Below, piece after piece: positions 21,241 through 33,777 of a DNA stretch of 64,000 bases. The translations under genes and the position numbers were made by a program. Below the pieces are notes generated by a model, which was not told where the DNA came from, ran no database searches, and worked only from the letters and a program-made list of their open reading frames with translations. Each line of letters starts with the position of its first letter. Position 1 is the stretch's first letter. Source of the DNA: Lytechinus pictus (Eukaryota); assembly GCF_037042905.1 (NCBI RefSeq), contig NC_087252.1, positions 868,001-932,000 on the forward strand, read 5' to 3'.

Positions 21241-21885
21241 GTTCTAGACTAATCACATATTGGTTCACTTTTTTAATCTGATTTTTTGCTTTCAAACTTT
21301 GTCACCTGAACTGAGAAGTGAAGTTCACCCTAGGCAGAGAAAGTTCTCTAAATTATGCAATCAAAATAATTTGACATTTTTAGAACTCGCAAGATCACAA
21401 TGTTCACTTTAAACTTCTGTTTCTCACTTTGTCTGTCAGATTATGGTATTTCATCAAATTTTACAGCAGTCTGTCTAGGCTAATACTTTAAATTGGTTGC
21501 ATTTGCAATATCAAAGATGGAGAAATAATTCATATTGCTATTTGTTTGCTTTCTTGAGACCAAGAGCACTTTTAATTCTGGGGGAAAAATAATGAGAAAT
21601 GAATCAAAGAACCTGTCCTTAAAATTTGAAATTTCAGTAACAAAATTTAAGAAATATGTCATGAATTCTGCAAAGTCAAAATGACCCATTAAGCGCAATA
21701 TAGACCTACGTAAATGTTGCATATTTGATTTGTTTATTATAAAGATAAGCTTTGTGTACAATGGCATGCACACATCACTATTGTGTATGTGTTTATGAAC
21801 AATAGACTTAAAGCGCTCTGTGTGTATTGTGAATAGAGTGTGACTTGAGTCGAACTTGGCAGTCTGCTGTGTGTGACTAGTGTTT

Positions 21886-22183
21886 GGAAGCGCCGTGGTG
21901 TAGCGGTTCTGACTCTCGCCTTGTAATCAGAGGGTCGTGTGTTCGAATCCCACCATGGCCTAGCGCCCTTTGGCAAGGCGTCAATCCACACTTTGCCGCT
22001 CTAGGTGCTAATTGGGTACCGGTAGGAAACAACCGTCATTGTGGTTGGTTTAGCAAGTTTTGCGCCTAACAGGCTGCTTGGAATGCTATGAATCCAGTGA
22101 CCGGGTAATAATAATTGTGAAGCGCTTTGAACAGTCGTAGATTGATAAAGCGCTATATAAATGCCAATTATTATTATTATTAT
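21886..22183 (+). mobile_element. Full-length tRNA-derived SINE
   Basis: A box TGGTGTAGCGG, B box GTTCGAATCC, central TGGGTACC core, L2-like tail AAGCGCTTTGA..AAAGCGCTATATAAATG, then (TTA)n. Confidence 0.85.
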
Positions 22184-22536
22184 AGTCAAACTATAAAGCA
22201 GGCAAAGAGTTAATGGGTAAAGAGGATAACGAACTGATCCTTGAGAGCCTGTATTGAACATGGAGTTTGGTGGCCCCTGAATTACAATGGAGTCTCCAGA
22301 CTTGAAACAGAGGAGAGGGTCGAGTGTTTAAATCCTTGCCATGGAGTCATAACCTTAAAAAAATGATCAACATGCACTACAGTCAACCCAGGTGAGGTAA
22401 ATCAGCATCTGGCAAGTTCTTTGAAATGTTTGCGCACTATAATTTAGAGGTGGCTAAAAATATTATGATCTGCATCCTGCACTATGATATCTGAACTTAA
22501 TATTATTGTTATTATTTTTATCATTATTTCCTTCAG

Positions 22537-22782
22537 CTGTTAGAGAAGACCGACTACCAGGAGGCAAGCCAAAGAACAAGAAACTCCGCAGTGATTCCAC
22601 AACTTCCAATCACAGCAGAACAGTTCCTTCTCCTGCTGGGTCAGAGTTCATTCAATCACCAACGAACGAAAACACCCAGACCGTCTATGATGGCATGATT
22701 GGTAGTGACAACGAACCTTGGAGACTGACCTTAAAGGCATTATGTGATGCCAGTCCCCATCTGGTTCCAGATGCTTCCAGTG
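22537..22782 (+). CDS. Nuclear receptor coding exon 2 (T-box/hinge, LBD helix 1)
   Basis: Acceptor TTTCCTTCAG|; reads AVREDRLPGGKPKNKK...LKALCDASPHLVPDASS in phase with exon 1; donor G|GTAAGT. Confidence 0.9.
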
Positions 22783-23118
22783 GTAAGTGATCATTATTTA
22801 TGACTTAATTCCCCATTTAGTTCCAGATATGTCCAGTGGTAAGTGATCCTTATTTCTGACTTCCCCATTTAGTTCCAGACATGTCCAGTGGTAAGTGACC
22901 CTTATTTATGACTTACTTCCCCATTTAGTTCCAGATACGTCCAGTGGTAAGTGATCCTTATTTCTGACTTACTTCCCTATTTGGTTCCAGATATGTCCAG
23001 CAGTAAATGATCCTTATTTCTGACTTACTTCCCTATTTGGTTCCAGATATGTCCAGCAGTAAATGACCCTTATTTCTGACTTACTTCCCCATATGATTCC
23101 AGATGCTTTCAGTGGCAA
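22755..23118 (+). repeat. 56-bp tandem repeat (about 7 copies) spanning the exon 2 splice donor
   Basis: Unit CCCCATTTAGTTCCAGATATGTCCAGTGGTAAGTGATCCTTATTTCTGACTTACTT starting at 22755, 22811, 22863, 22919, 22975, 23031 and 23087. Confidence 0.92.
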
Positions 23119-23634
23119 GGCACCTTGTGAAAAGTCAGAGCTGCATATATTTTTTTTTGTCTGCAGGCATAACACAAGCAGCTTTTCATTACTTATCTTC
23201 ATATTTCATCAGCTACAAAATAATGAGGATTGCAGAAAAGCTGCTATGAAGAGATGCATAGTGTTTATTCTGCTTTAATACGCAGCAGAGATTTTTAAAC
23301 AAAACCTATTTCTGATTAACTTCCCCCTCTGTGTCGTGTTTCACAAAGAATCCTTACTAAAACAAAATGCGCAATCACTACTACAGATTTATAATAATAA
23401 TGATATTAATAATAATATTTATATTAAAGAATAATAGTAATAATAATTATAATATGCAACATTTATATTACTAAATTATACAAATGTTTCTATAAGCGCT
23501 GCATACTATTACCCTGGCTTTGACATCAGCCAATCAAATAATTTCACTTGATTCACTTGTTTTAAATTCTTATTTCTTATTCTAACAAGTTTTTTGAAAG
23601 CAGACCCTTGGTCCAAGAAGCTTCCAGTATTTAA

Positions 23635-24379
23635 CCCTATCCAGGCCGGGGGGGGGGGGGGGCTCAGAGGCCCCCCCTCAACGATTCGCGCAATATTTTC
23701 GCCGCGCGAATTTTTTTTTACCGCGCCGCTCACTGACTTTTTACTTTCAAGTCTTGCGGAACATTTGAGACCAGTTTTGCGTCACCCGGGTACGCGGTTT
23801 CGAAATTACGCAACATTATGTAAGTGCATGTCAGACCAAAAATTGCTCAAAAACGTGATTTTGTGTACAAAGTCAATGCAAATTGTGTTTTCAACCAAAG
23901 CTCATAAATGTATGATTATTTTTAGTTTTGCTGGTCCAAATGTATTTAATTTATGCTATTTATGATTTCAGAAGAGTCCCCAACAAATTTCATGGAAAAA
24001 ACAATGAAAAACAAAAGGTCCAAAAAACAAAGAAATACATAAGAAATTGATCTGATATTGCAATTTTGTTCATGTACATTTGCTAAGAACACCACAAAGA
24101 GTTTCTAAACCAAAAATTAGAACATTTGGAGCTTTATTTAGGGAGTTAGAGGGAAAAGTATGATTTCGCATACTAATTACGCATAAATTAGCATAATCAC
24201 TTAATAGCAATTTGCATGAAATAAATTACTATACAATTTTGTAGATTATGTCCCAGACAACCTGCGTGCCAATTTTCGGCGCAATCGCGCGGCCAACGGC
24301 TGAGATCTCAAGGGGGGGCCTGGGAGGCCCCCCCCCCCCCAGCCATATGAACTCCCAAAATACCCCGGCCTAGATAGGG
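23635..24379. mobile_element. piggyBac-like MITE
   Basis: TTAA|CCCTATCCAGGCCGGGG ... CCCCGGCCTAGATAGGG|TTAA; interior homologous (inverted) to 32049-32815. Confidence 0.85.
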
Positions 24380-24465
24380 TTAAGAGACCCACCTTGCAGA
24401 CAAGCTTATTTCACTCACTGCGAGGCAACTAAATGTTACGGTACTCCTGAGTTATGATAGATTAA

Positions 24466-24887
24466 GGGCCTTTTCACACGTGAATCTTGAATCATCATTG
24501 TATTGATGATTCCAAGTAGTCTTTAGGATCATCGGACCTTTCACATGCTCACTCAAAAACTGATTTGAATTAGAATTCCCGAGCGAAGGCGGTATGTGTC
24601 CTTGGTGACTTGTCAATCAAAGCACTGCATCGATACGATGAGTGCATGACAATTGTATTATCTACGGAAGTGCTTGAAAGGAGACGTAAGCTCTTCCCCC
24701 AAAAATGTGTTTTGGAGGTCAAACCTTTCACTTGTAATATTCGTACTGTAATTTGAGTGAAACATAACTGGAATTCACCTGCGGAGTAGAATATGAATTC
24801 GTGATTGTGATTAGAAATTTGTCATTAGCCTTACTTTTCACTGGAATAATCATTCAAATTACGATTTTTTTACCATGTGAAAGGGTT
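24466..24887. mobile_element. Harbinger-like MITE (degenerate)
   Basis: GGGCCTTTTCACACG ... CATGTGAAAGGGTT termini, preceded by TAA. Confidence 0.5.
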
Positions 24888-25242
24888 GTCAAATCAAACT
24901 CAAATTATGATTGCTCATTGACTTACTAGTTTCCCCAATGATTGTGTTTGCAATATGTAGTCTTCTAATGATCCCATTCCTGACTTTGTCCAGTACTAAA
25001 GGCTTCTAATTTTGAAGACTGCAAGCCTATCTTGATCCACTTTCCGCAGGATCCATGTTTCTTCACTGTATAATGTAATAGGAAGAATGAGGGATTTGTA
25101 GATCCAGCATGTTTTTATGTATTGCACAGTTTGCTGTTTTTCAAATGTACATGGTGTTTATTCAATATCTTTTACATTGTCAGTCTCAGTCAATCTGCCT
25201 TTGAAATTTCTTTATATTTCATTTATTTTTTTTTCATTTCAG

Positions 25243-25501
25243 GACCCCCACCAGGCATGATGCCCCCAATGGACGGGATGCCAAACTTCATGCCCCCCTC
25301 CCCCAATGAGTTCTCACCTCCCCCGTACTCTGTCCGCGGTTTCACTATCCAAGACCTGATGCAGGGAGGGTTTCAAGAACTCTATATGATGGTCAAGTGG
25401 GCCAAGTCTATACCTATGTTCAAACAGCTATACCTAGAAGACCAGATGTCACTCCTGAAAGCCTCGTTCATGGATCTTAATGTCCTTCGATTAGCTTATA
25501 G
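25243..25501 (+). CDS. Nuclear receptor coding exon 3 (LBD helices 3-5)
   Basis: Acceptor TTTTCATTTCAG|; LBD signature VKWAKSIPMFKQLYLEDQMSLLK; donor AG|GTAAGA (phase 2). Confidence 0.92.
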
Positions 25502-25682
25502 GTAAGAGAGTGCCTTTATTGATTTCAATTGTTCCTCAGCAACTCATACATTGATCTTAGTAGCAAATCTAACATAATATTTAGATTGTTGGAAAGTCTG
25601 TTTTGTTTCTTTAATTTGTCTTTACTATTTTTGTACTAAGCTGCAAAAAAGGGCAGGCCTGCCAACTACTGCTTTTTTCCAG

Positions 25683-25953
25683 GGGCCCGTCTTACAAAGA
25701 ATTACGATTGATCCAATCAATCGTAGCTGTATGGAATTCCATCAGTGTCATAATTTTTTCTACAGGAAATTTGCAAAACGTCCTTCGTAAACATAGGCGA
25801 ACACATCAAATTGTCAAGAAAACAAAGAATTGATGAATATACTTCATAATCGTGAAAACACTTTTAACAAACATGTATTTTAGATGTGGATGTTGCTGGC
25901 TTTCCATAGTTGAGGTTGATCAAATCAATTGCATCACTTTGTAAGACGGGGCC
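25683..25953. mobile_element. Harbinger-like MITE (CWG target)
   Basis: GGGCCCGTCTTACAAAG ... CTTTGTAAGACGGGGCC, flanks CAG/CTG; inverted sister copy at 41146-41421. Confidence 0.7.
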
Positions 25954-27731
25954 CTGGTGTTACCCTGTTTTTAAGGTTTTTCATCAACCAGACAGGAGCG
26001 CTCCGTTTTTTCATTTATTTATGAAATATAGATCAGTCCGTGTATGTATTTTTGTGAGAGTAATATAGTGTTACAACACTTGTAATTTCTCAATGCTTTT
26101 ATAAGAATGTATGTCTTGATAAAAAAAAAGTGAGGGAGACACACCCGACATCGAGCAGAAAAATTCATGCCGCGCTTTGAGGACTCCTTACATGTATATT
26201 CAATTTCAAATGTCTGCAGGCCTGATAAGGCTCAGATTATTCCAGAGAGCGTCTTGTAACCCATCTAACATCTTGAGATGTGTGATATGCATATAATATG
26301 ATGTCCTCCTAAATCTATTTTACAAAAAAAGATTGCATCTTTTGGAATGCAAGGAATAGTTGTCTTCAAGCCTACATACCTTCTTTATGGTTCATTGATT
26401 GATTGATTTTGTCATTTATCAACGTCAACATTACATAACATTGTCAATTGGTGTTTATCATCCAGAGAACATGAGAGGATCATTACTTGCTGCAAGAGCT
26501 TGAAAATGGTGTCCAAAAATTTAAAGAAAAAGAAACAAACTACCGTAAATACATGTATTTACACATACATGTAGTATAATAATATGCAGCGCTTAGAAAC
26601 ATTCTAAGTGCTATATATTATGTTGCATATTAATTAATATCATTATTATTACTATACAAAGCTGAAGTATATTCTCACCTTGACGCAAAGAAATACCAGT
26701 GATTAAAAGCTTGCGAGAAGAAGTTGATTTCATTACAAGTTCAAGACTATACAATGAATCTTCAAGTTCAACACACGTGTGTATATTCATCACAAGTGCA
26801 ATAAAATACCAGCTCTGAGACATACGTCTCCCTCTCTTTCGTAGCTATACTACAGTGTATCTTCTGATTAAAATTCACTTTCCTTCCACTATTTATAACC
26901 TAATGTTACTCAAAAATATATACTGTAAAGGAACATTTAGAGAATTCTCTACCCTATGTTTCTCCTTGTCCGAAATTACATAAACTACTCTAGCCAATCA
27001 AGGCTCAGGACTGACTTACATGTATATCATAAGTTATATTATTCCTTATCTTGGGATGGATATAAAGGGATACATAGAGAAACTACTTGGAACCAATCAT
27101 CTCACAGGACCACCTTACATAAGCGTCGGGAGGTGCATTTAAAGAAATACATACAAAAACTTCTTTGGACCAATCACATCATGGGAGTTCCTTATAAAGT
27201 TGTTCCTTGTCGAGAGACACTCTTTTTGACCAATCACTGTTTAGTACTTTCTTACATAAACTTTGTTTTTCCAGATGGCGTAATGAATGTTAATCCCTCC
27301 CTTGACATTTGTATCAAGAACAAAGACTCCTGTAGAAAAGATTTTAGCCTATTTTGAGCCATGGCCTTAAGACTTGAAGCCATATGAACGTAAATCCTGG
27401 CATGTGAAATGGGTTGCTGTATATAATATTATGACTTTCACATGCCTACTTTAATCTCAGGTACACACCTATAATTTAGAAAGAATATAATTTAACTGTA
27501 GGCCTAAGGACTACTTCATCACAATTGTTATTGTTACTGTTAGTATTATTATTATTATCATCATTATTATTATTATTATCATTATTATTACTATTAATAT
27601 TATTGTTATTGTTATTATTATTATTATTACTATTATAATTGTTATTATTATAATCGTCATAATCATCGTCATTATTATGATTATTAAAAAAAACATAATT
27701 ATAATTATTTCTTTCTTTCTTTGATTTTTAG

Positions 27732-27916
27732 ATCATTAGACTGTCTACCTATGCTACAATTCACAACAAAATGTAAGCTGACAATATCAGAATGTAAGGA
27801 GATAGGCTGGGGAGAACTCACACAAGCAACTGTAGAGTTTTGCGCCACACTCAGGGATTTAAGTCTTGATGTCACTGAATTTTGTATCCTGAATGGGCTA
27901 GTGGTGTGTTTTCCAG
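27732..27916 (+). CDS. Nuclear receptor coding exon 4 (LBD to helix 8)
   Basis: Acceptor TTTTTAG|; reads SLDCLPML...LRDLSLDVTEFCILNGLVVCFP; donor G|GTAGGT (phase 1). Confidence 0.88.
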
Positions 27917-28262
27917 GTAGGTACAACCTCTCTTTTGAGAGGCACAATTAAACTTTGTAATGTATTTGTATTATCATTATAATTATCATTATTATTATTA
28001 TCATTACCGTATTATTATCATCATTATTATTATTAATAATGAAATGACGTTAAAACACAAGTGTGCCCCCCCCCCTTTTGAAAGTGAGGACCTTGTTTTT
28101 TTGTTTTTTTACTTGTCCCCCCCCCCCCCCCCCCCCCTTTGGAAAATCCTGGATCTGCCCCTGTGTACAACTGGTGCAGGGAAAATTCAACCTTATCCAA
28201 ATTCACAACTCAATTTACATGTGTGTCCGTCCCACCACCCCATTACTCAGAATACCTGTAAT

Positions 28263-31200
28263 ATGCTTTTCACACTGCACATATTTTCCCGGGGTTAAGC
28301 TTTATAGACCACTTCGTTTTCACACTACGTTTTAGCAAAGTGGGCTAGCACGGTAAATACATGTAGTAGAGCATGATCGGTTAAGGGTTAGCATTGGGGT
28401 GAATTTTTTTTTTTTTTTTTTCTATCAAAATTGCTTTTAAAATAATCTTTGATATCTCAGGTTTCAAAGAACTTAGTTTCATGAAGATTGATGATTCCGA
28501 AAGTGTACTGGAATAGTCCATTTTATTCATGGGGGTGCTGTTACCTCTCATCACGGACGGACATTTTTACTTAAATTAGTTTTATGGTTTTTAAAGTTAC
28601 TCTTATTTGGTTTGGATGTTCTTGCACTCTGAACAGTAATCTATTATCAAAAATAAATTAGTAGAAAAAAAATATTGGGAAGTAATTTTTTTTGGTAGGT
28701 CTTAACATTTCCATTTTGAAATTTCCGTCCGTGATAAAAAAAAAGATGAAAAGTTTTTTTATTCTTTATCGGAATAGAAATAAAAAATAAAAAGGTGTAG
28801 AGGTATCTCACTAAACACTGTACATCATTTTATTTGAACATAGCTGAAATCCATACATTTTATCCATATCATAAACTCAATAAAAAATGATCACGGACGG
28901 ACATTAATTTCATCACGGACGGACAAAAGTAAATTTACTCAAATTCAATTCACTCTAGTTTTATTGTTTTCAAAGTTACTCTAATTTGGTTTGGATTTTC
29001 TTGTACTCTGAACATTAATCTATCATCAAACGTAAATTAGAAGAAAAAAATATGGGAAGTAAATTTTTCTGGTAGATGTTAACATTTCCATTTTGAAATT
29101 TCCGTCTGTGATGAAATTAATGTCCGTCCGTGATCATTTTTTATTGAGTTCATGAATGGATAATATGTATGGATTCAGTTTTTTATTCTTTATTAGAATA
29201 GAAACAAAAATAAAAGTGTATAGAAGTATGTCACTAGACACTGTTCATCATTTTATTTGAACATAGCTAAAATCCATACATTAAATCAATCAAAAATGAT
29301 CACGGACGGACATTAATTTCATCATTAACGGACAAGTGAGCAATATAAGCTAATACTGTGGAAAGATCCATACAGGAAAATGAGAAATTTTGCTGAGCAG
29401 ATTACAAATTTAATTTTAGTTTCAATTTGCAGTGAAAAATGGCATTGAGAATTATTCAGGACTCAAATGGATGGAAACCTAAAACTCTTTACAATTTTTT
29501 GTGATATCTTTGTTTGGCTGTTATTGGGGCCAAATTGTTGTAAGGAAAAATTGTTAAACACAATTGGAAAGCAGAATTGCAGATACTTTGGAAAGCTACA
29601 TGTATGCCAAAAAAGCAGGAAATAAAGTATGGCAAGAACAAGTCCAAAACTGTAGATTTCATCAATACAAGGTTGCAGAAAGTGATGTAAAAGAAAGTAG
29701 AATGCATAATCTGATAAGCAGAAAAATCATTTTTTTTCCTTGTATAAACCTATGGATTCACAATGCTTAATTAACAGAACATGACACCACAGTCTTTAGG
29801 CTTGTGAAAAGTACAAGAATACCTTTTTTCAGAGTCCATTTTGGAGCTAATTTTATTAAAGCAAATTGCTTATCTGGTAAATTGAAAATGCATACTATTT
29901 ATAAAGCTTGTACTACATTGTTTAGGAAGTTTAATAAGCTTTTGATTGATATATGATTTATCAATTTCAATTTTGGATTCTGTCAGGGCCTAAATAAATG
30001 AGGGCTGTTGATGTTATGGGATGTTTCCCCTTTCATATGGGCAAAAGATGAATTAGAAGAAAGCCTCTGACAAGTGTTGTGGTCATACTTGATCCACCAA
30101 ACAAGCATAAGGATCAGCAACCTGTGAATCTTGGACCTAAAAAACATCTTTGCTCTTGGAAAATTAATTCCTAAAAATGTATTAACATGTATCATCATGA
30201 TATATATCATAAGATATTTGTATCAAGATTCAACATGATCATTGATCAACTAGATGTTGATTTGGTACCTACCGGTATTATATCATTCGAAAAGAAGACA
30301 ATGTGCATTAGGACATTCTTTAAATTTGATTTTGACAAGAAATGTGTTTAAAGCAATCATTTCTGCAGATTATACTGTGTGTCTAGCATAGAAATCAAGT
30401 TGCTACAACTTATCAAGTTGTAGCAACTTGATTGTGCAACTAATACTGTTTAATCATATTTAAAAATGTACAAATCATCAATACAATATCAGTTGTTCCC
30501 CAAAAAAGTAATAAGAACTTCTTACAAGGTACTTTCAATGTATTTTAATTGTGTCCGTCCGTGATGTCCGTCCGAGATGTCCGTCCGTGATGGAAAATGT
30601 TTGCAATTCTCTCAGAAGTTTGATATTGGTTAAGAATTCAATATGCTGAACATAGAAGCTATTAACATACATGTACCTGAGTATTAGTTGCATTAAAAAA
30701 TATTGGTCAATGTTAAGCTATTTAGATAGAAACAATAAAAATGTACAAAAATTCTGAAAACCACATTTCTATCATGTCCGTCCGTGATATGGCACATTTA
30801 GTGGATACCTATGTTTGTAGGTAACCATGGCAACAATCTTTTTTCATCATTCAGTAGACTTTGTCCTACCCTTCACTATAAAACACAAAGGAACCTTGTT
30901 CATCTTATTCCTAATTTGTTACAAGCCTTCAAAATTTCCTAAATCTATCAAATGTCCGTCCGTGATGAACCGATCACGCTCAGTACCGTACTATCTGGCC
31001 CTGCAAAAAAGCAGTGTTAGCCGGCTTATTGCGGTGCTAAGAGATGCAGTGTGAAAGACAACCAGGCTGAGCATTAGCCAAACATAGAAGTAAAAATTGC
31101 ACGTTAATCACGCTCTATATGGCAAAATCTTCAATATTCATGAGCTGTGCGATAGTCCGGGGTTAAGAAAGACAGTGTGAAACCAAAAAAAAAATAGTAT

Positions 31201-31265
31201 GGGGTTTAAGGATAGTCCGGGGTTCAGGATAGTATGGGGTTAAGGAAATGCAGTGTGAAAAGCAT
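28263..31265. mobile_element. MITE with ATGCTTTTCACACTGCA TIRs, hosting the Sola2-like insertion
   Basis: ATGCTTTTCACACTGCA at 28263 and TGCAGTGTGAAAAGCAT ending at 31265; GGGGTTAAG subterminal motifs. Confidence 0.6.
28369..30981. mobile_element. Sola2-like non-autonomous DNA transposon (2.6 kb)
   Basis: TIR GAGCATGATCGGTT / AACCGATCACGCTC, 4-bp TSD AGTA, about 12 subterminal ATCACGGACGGACA motifs in both orientations. Confidence 0.7.
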
Positions 31266-33419
31266 ACTAGTGTGCCAAAATTATTTTTCATATTTTTATT
31301 CCATTTGAAAAGTAGATCATGAACGTCTTGTTGTTGGTTCTGGGGTGGAGGGTCTCTTATTTTTCTTTAGTATTTTCCTTTCCCTCTCCTTTTTTACTAT
31401 CTATTTTTCCCCTTTCTCTCTTATTTTCTCTCTATCAATTCCTTTCTCACTCTCTCTTTATTTTCTGTAGCGTCATGGTTCCCCCTCTCTTATTTTCTAT
31501 CTATTTCTTCTTTTCTCTCTATTATTTTCTTTCTTCACTCCTGTATGGTTTCTCCATTTGCAATCCTCGTTTAGTCCTTTCACCAATGTACATGAATTTT
31601 CCATCTCACCCACCCCGCCCCCCTCTCTCTCTCTGTTTCTTACACAATTTCTTGTATTATTATGGCTTCCCTAATCATCTGTTCTATATCAAAATCCCTG
31701 CATCTTGTGCTATCGGCCTTCTGCTTTTTCTTTGTATCGCTTTATATGGCTTTTTACCCATGCATACATCTGCCCCCCTGTATTTGTCTTGATTGCATAG
31801 CAGACCCATGCATACATCTGCCCCCCTGTATTTGTCTTGATTGCATAGCAGTGTGAAAGACAACCAGGCTGAGCATTAGCCAAACATAGAAGTAAAAATT
31901 GCACGTTAATCACGCTCTATATGGCAAAATCTTCAATATTCATGAGCTGTGCGATAGTCCAGGGTTAAGGTGTTAATCTCGGCTAAGCAAATAGTATGGG
32001 GTTAAGAAAGACAGTGTGAAACCAAAAAAAAAATAGTATGGGGTTTAACCCTCAATCTCCCGGGGTATTTTGATTCTTGTCAATCCCGGGGGGGGGGGCC
32101 ATTATGGCCCCCCCCCCTTAAGATCTCGGCCGCCGATTGCGCGAGCGACGCAAAAATTTGTACACTGGTAGTGTGCGATATAATCTACAAGGCTGTATGG
32201 TAAAATTTTCCAAAATAATGAGATTTTATTTTATATGAATTAATTATGCTAATTTATGCATAAATCATACTTTTTGCTATAATTCACTAAATAAAGCTCC
32301 TAGAATGCTAATTTTTGGTAAAAAAATTCTTTGTAGCAATCTTAACAATCACAATTAAAAAAACTTCGGTTTGGAAATCAATTTCTTATGTATTTTATTG
32401 TTTTATGAATTTCTTATGTATTTCTTTGTTTTTTTACTTTTTGTTTTTTATTGTTTTTTCAATGGAAATCATTCCAGACTTAGTTCTGATCATAAACAAG
32501 GCAAAATTAATTCAGTTTATTCAGTAAAAGTAGAAATAATGATACATTTATGAATTTTGGCTAAATACACAATTTGCATTGGATTTGTACATGAAATCAC
32601 GTTTATGAGCAATTTTGGGTCTGACATGCACTTACATAATGTTGCGTAATGTCGTAACCGTGTACCCGGGCGTCACAAATTTGGTCTCAAAATTTGCGCG
32701 AGACTTTAAAGTAAAAAGTCAGTGAGCGGCGAGGTCAAAAAAATTTGCGCAGCAGATATATCGCGAAAATTGTCAAGGGGGGGGGCCATTATGGCCCCCC
32801 CCGGGAGAATTAGGGTTAAGGATAGTCCGGGGTTCAGGATAGTATTGGGTTAAGGAAATGCAGTGTGAAAAGCATACTAGTGTGCCAAAATTATTTTTCA
32901 TATTTTTATTCCATTTGAAAAGTAGATCATGAACGTCTTGTTGTTGGTTCTGGGGTGGAGGGTCTCTTATTTTTCTTTAGTATTTTCCTTTCCCTCTCCT
33001 TTTTTTTTCTATCTATTTTTCCCCTTTCTCTCTTATTTTCTCTCTATCAATTCCTTTCTCACTCTCTCTTTATTTTCTGTAGCGTCATGGTTCCCCCTCT
33101 CTTATTTTCTATCTATTTCTTCTTTTCTCTCTATTAATTTCTTTCTTCACTCCTGTATGGTTTCTCCATTTGCAATCCTCGTTTAGTCCTTTCACCAATG
33201 TACATGAATTTTCCATCTCACCCACCCCGCCCCCCTCTCTCTCTCTCTGTTTCTTACACAATTTCTTGTATTATTATGGCTTCCCTAATCGTCTGTTCTA
33301 TTCCAAAATCCCTCCATCTTGTGCTATCGGCCTTCTGCTTTTTCTTTGTATCGCTTTATATGGCTTTTTACCCATGCATACATCTGCCCCCCTGTATTTG
33401 TCTTGATTGCATAGCAGAC
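31046..33419 (+). repeat. Local tandem duplication of about 0.8 kb (copy A 31046-31805; copy B 31848-33419 including a MITE insertion)
   Basis: Near-identical sequence and near-identical spurious ORF N-termini (31319 vs 32929); GCAG microhomology at the junction; 48-bp local repeat at 31756-31851. Confidence 0.9.
32049..32815. mobile_element. piggyBac-like MITE
   Basis: TTAA|CCCTCAATCTCCCGGGG ... CCCGGGAGAATTAGGG|TTAA; the paralogous empty site GGGGTTTAAGGATAG is at 31201. Confidence 0.9.
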
Positions 33420-33620
33420 TATATAGCCTATAGGTGCCACTTTACTGATGGCGGCTGGCGTGCCAACATTGAAATCTTAACCAAGGTTTAGTTTTTGAAA
33501 TGTCATCAGAATGTATATGAAACTTGGACTGTCATGAGGGTATTATCACTTACCATCAGACATAAACTGCAAGTCACATGATCAAGGTCAAAGGTCATTC
33601 AGGGTCAACAAACTGACCAG

Positions 33621-33777
33621 GGGACCGTTTCATCAACATTTTCGTCTGACAAGTTGTCAGATCTGACATTTTTCCTTGATTCTGATTGGCTGAGAGGCAC
33701 TGTTACTATAGTAACTGTCGGATAAAATGGGACTTGTCGGATAAAACGTCCGACAAGTCCTTTCATGAAACGCTCTC
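33621..33777. mobile_element. Short Harbinger-like MITE
   Basis: GGGACCGTTTCATCAA ... TTCATGAAACGCTCTC termini after CAG, internal GATTGG. Confidence 0.55.

Noticed and set aside
21886..21960. tRNA gene
   Set aside because: A and B boxes continue into a SINE core and tail, with no acceptor-stem closure or T-run terminator; the same applies at 18100, 36450, 36700 and 63370.
22755..23118. CRISPR-like array
   Set aside because: No unique spacers, eukaryotic context, no cas genes; the same applies to 60948-61438.
31319..33491. Duplicated hydrophobic ORFs resembling membrane proteins
   Set aside because: Pyrimidine-rich intronic DNA in a tandem duplication; frames differ between the copies.
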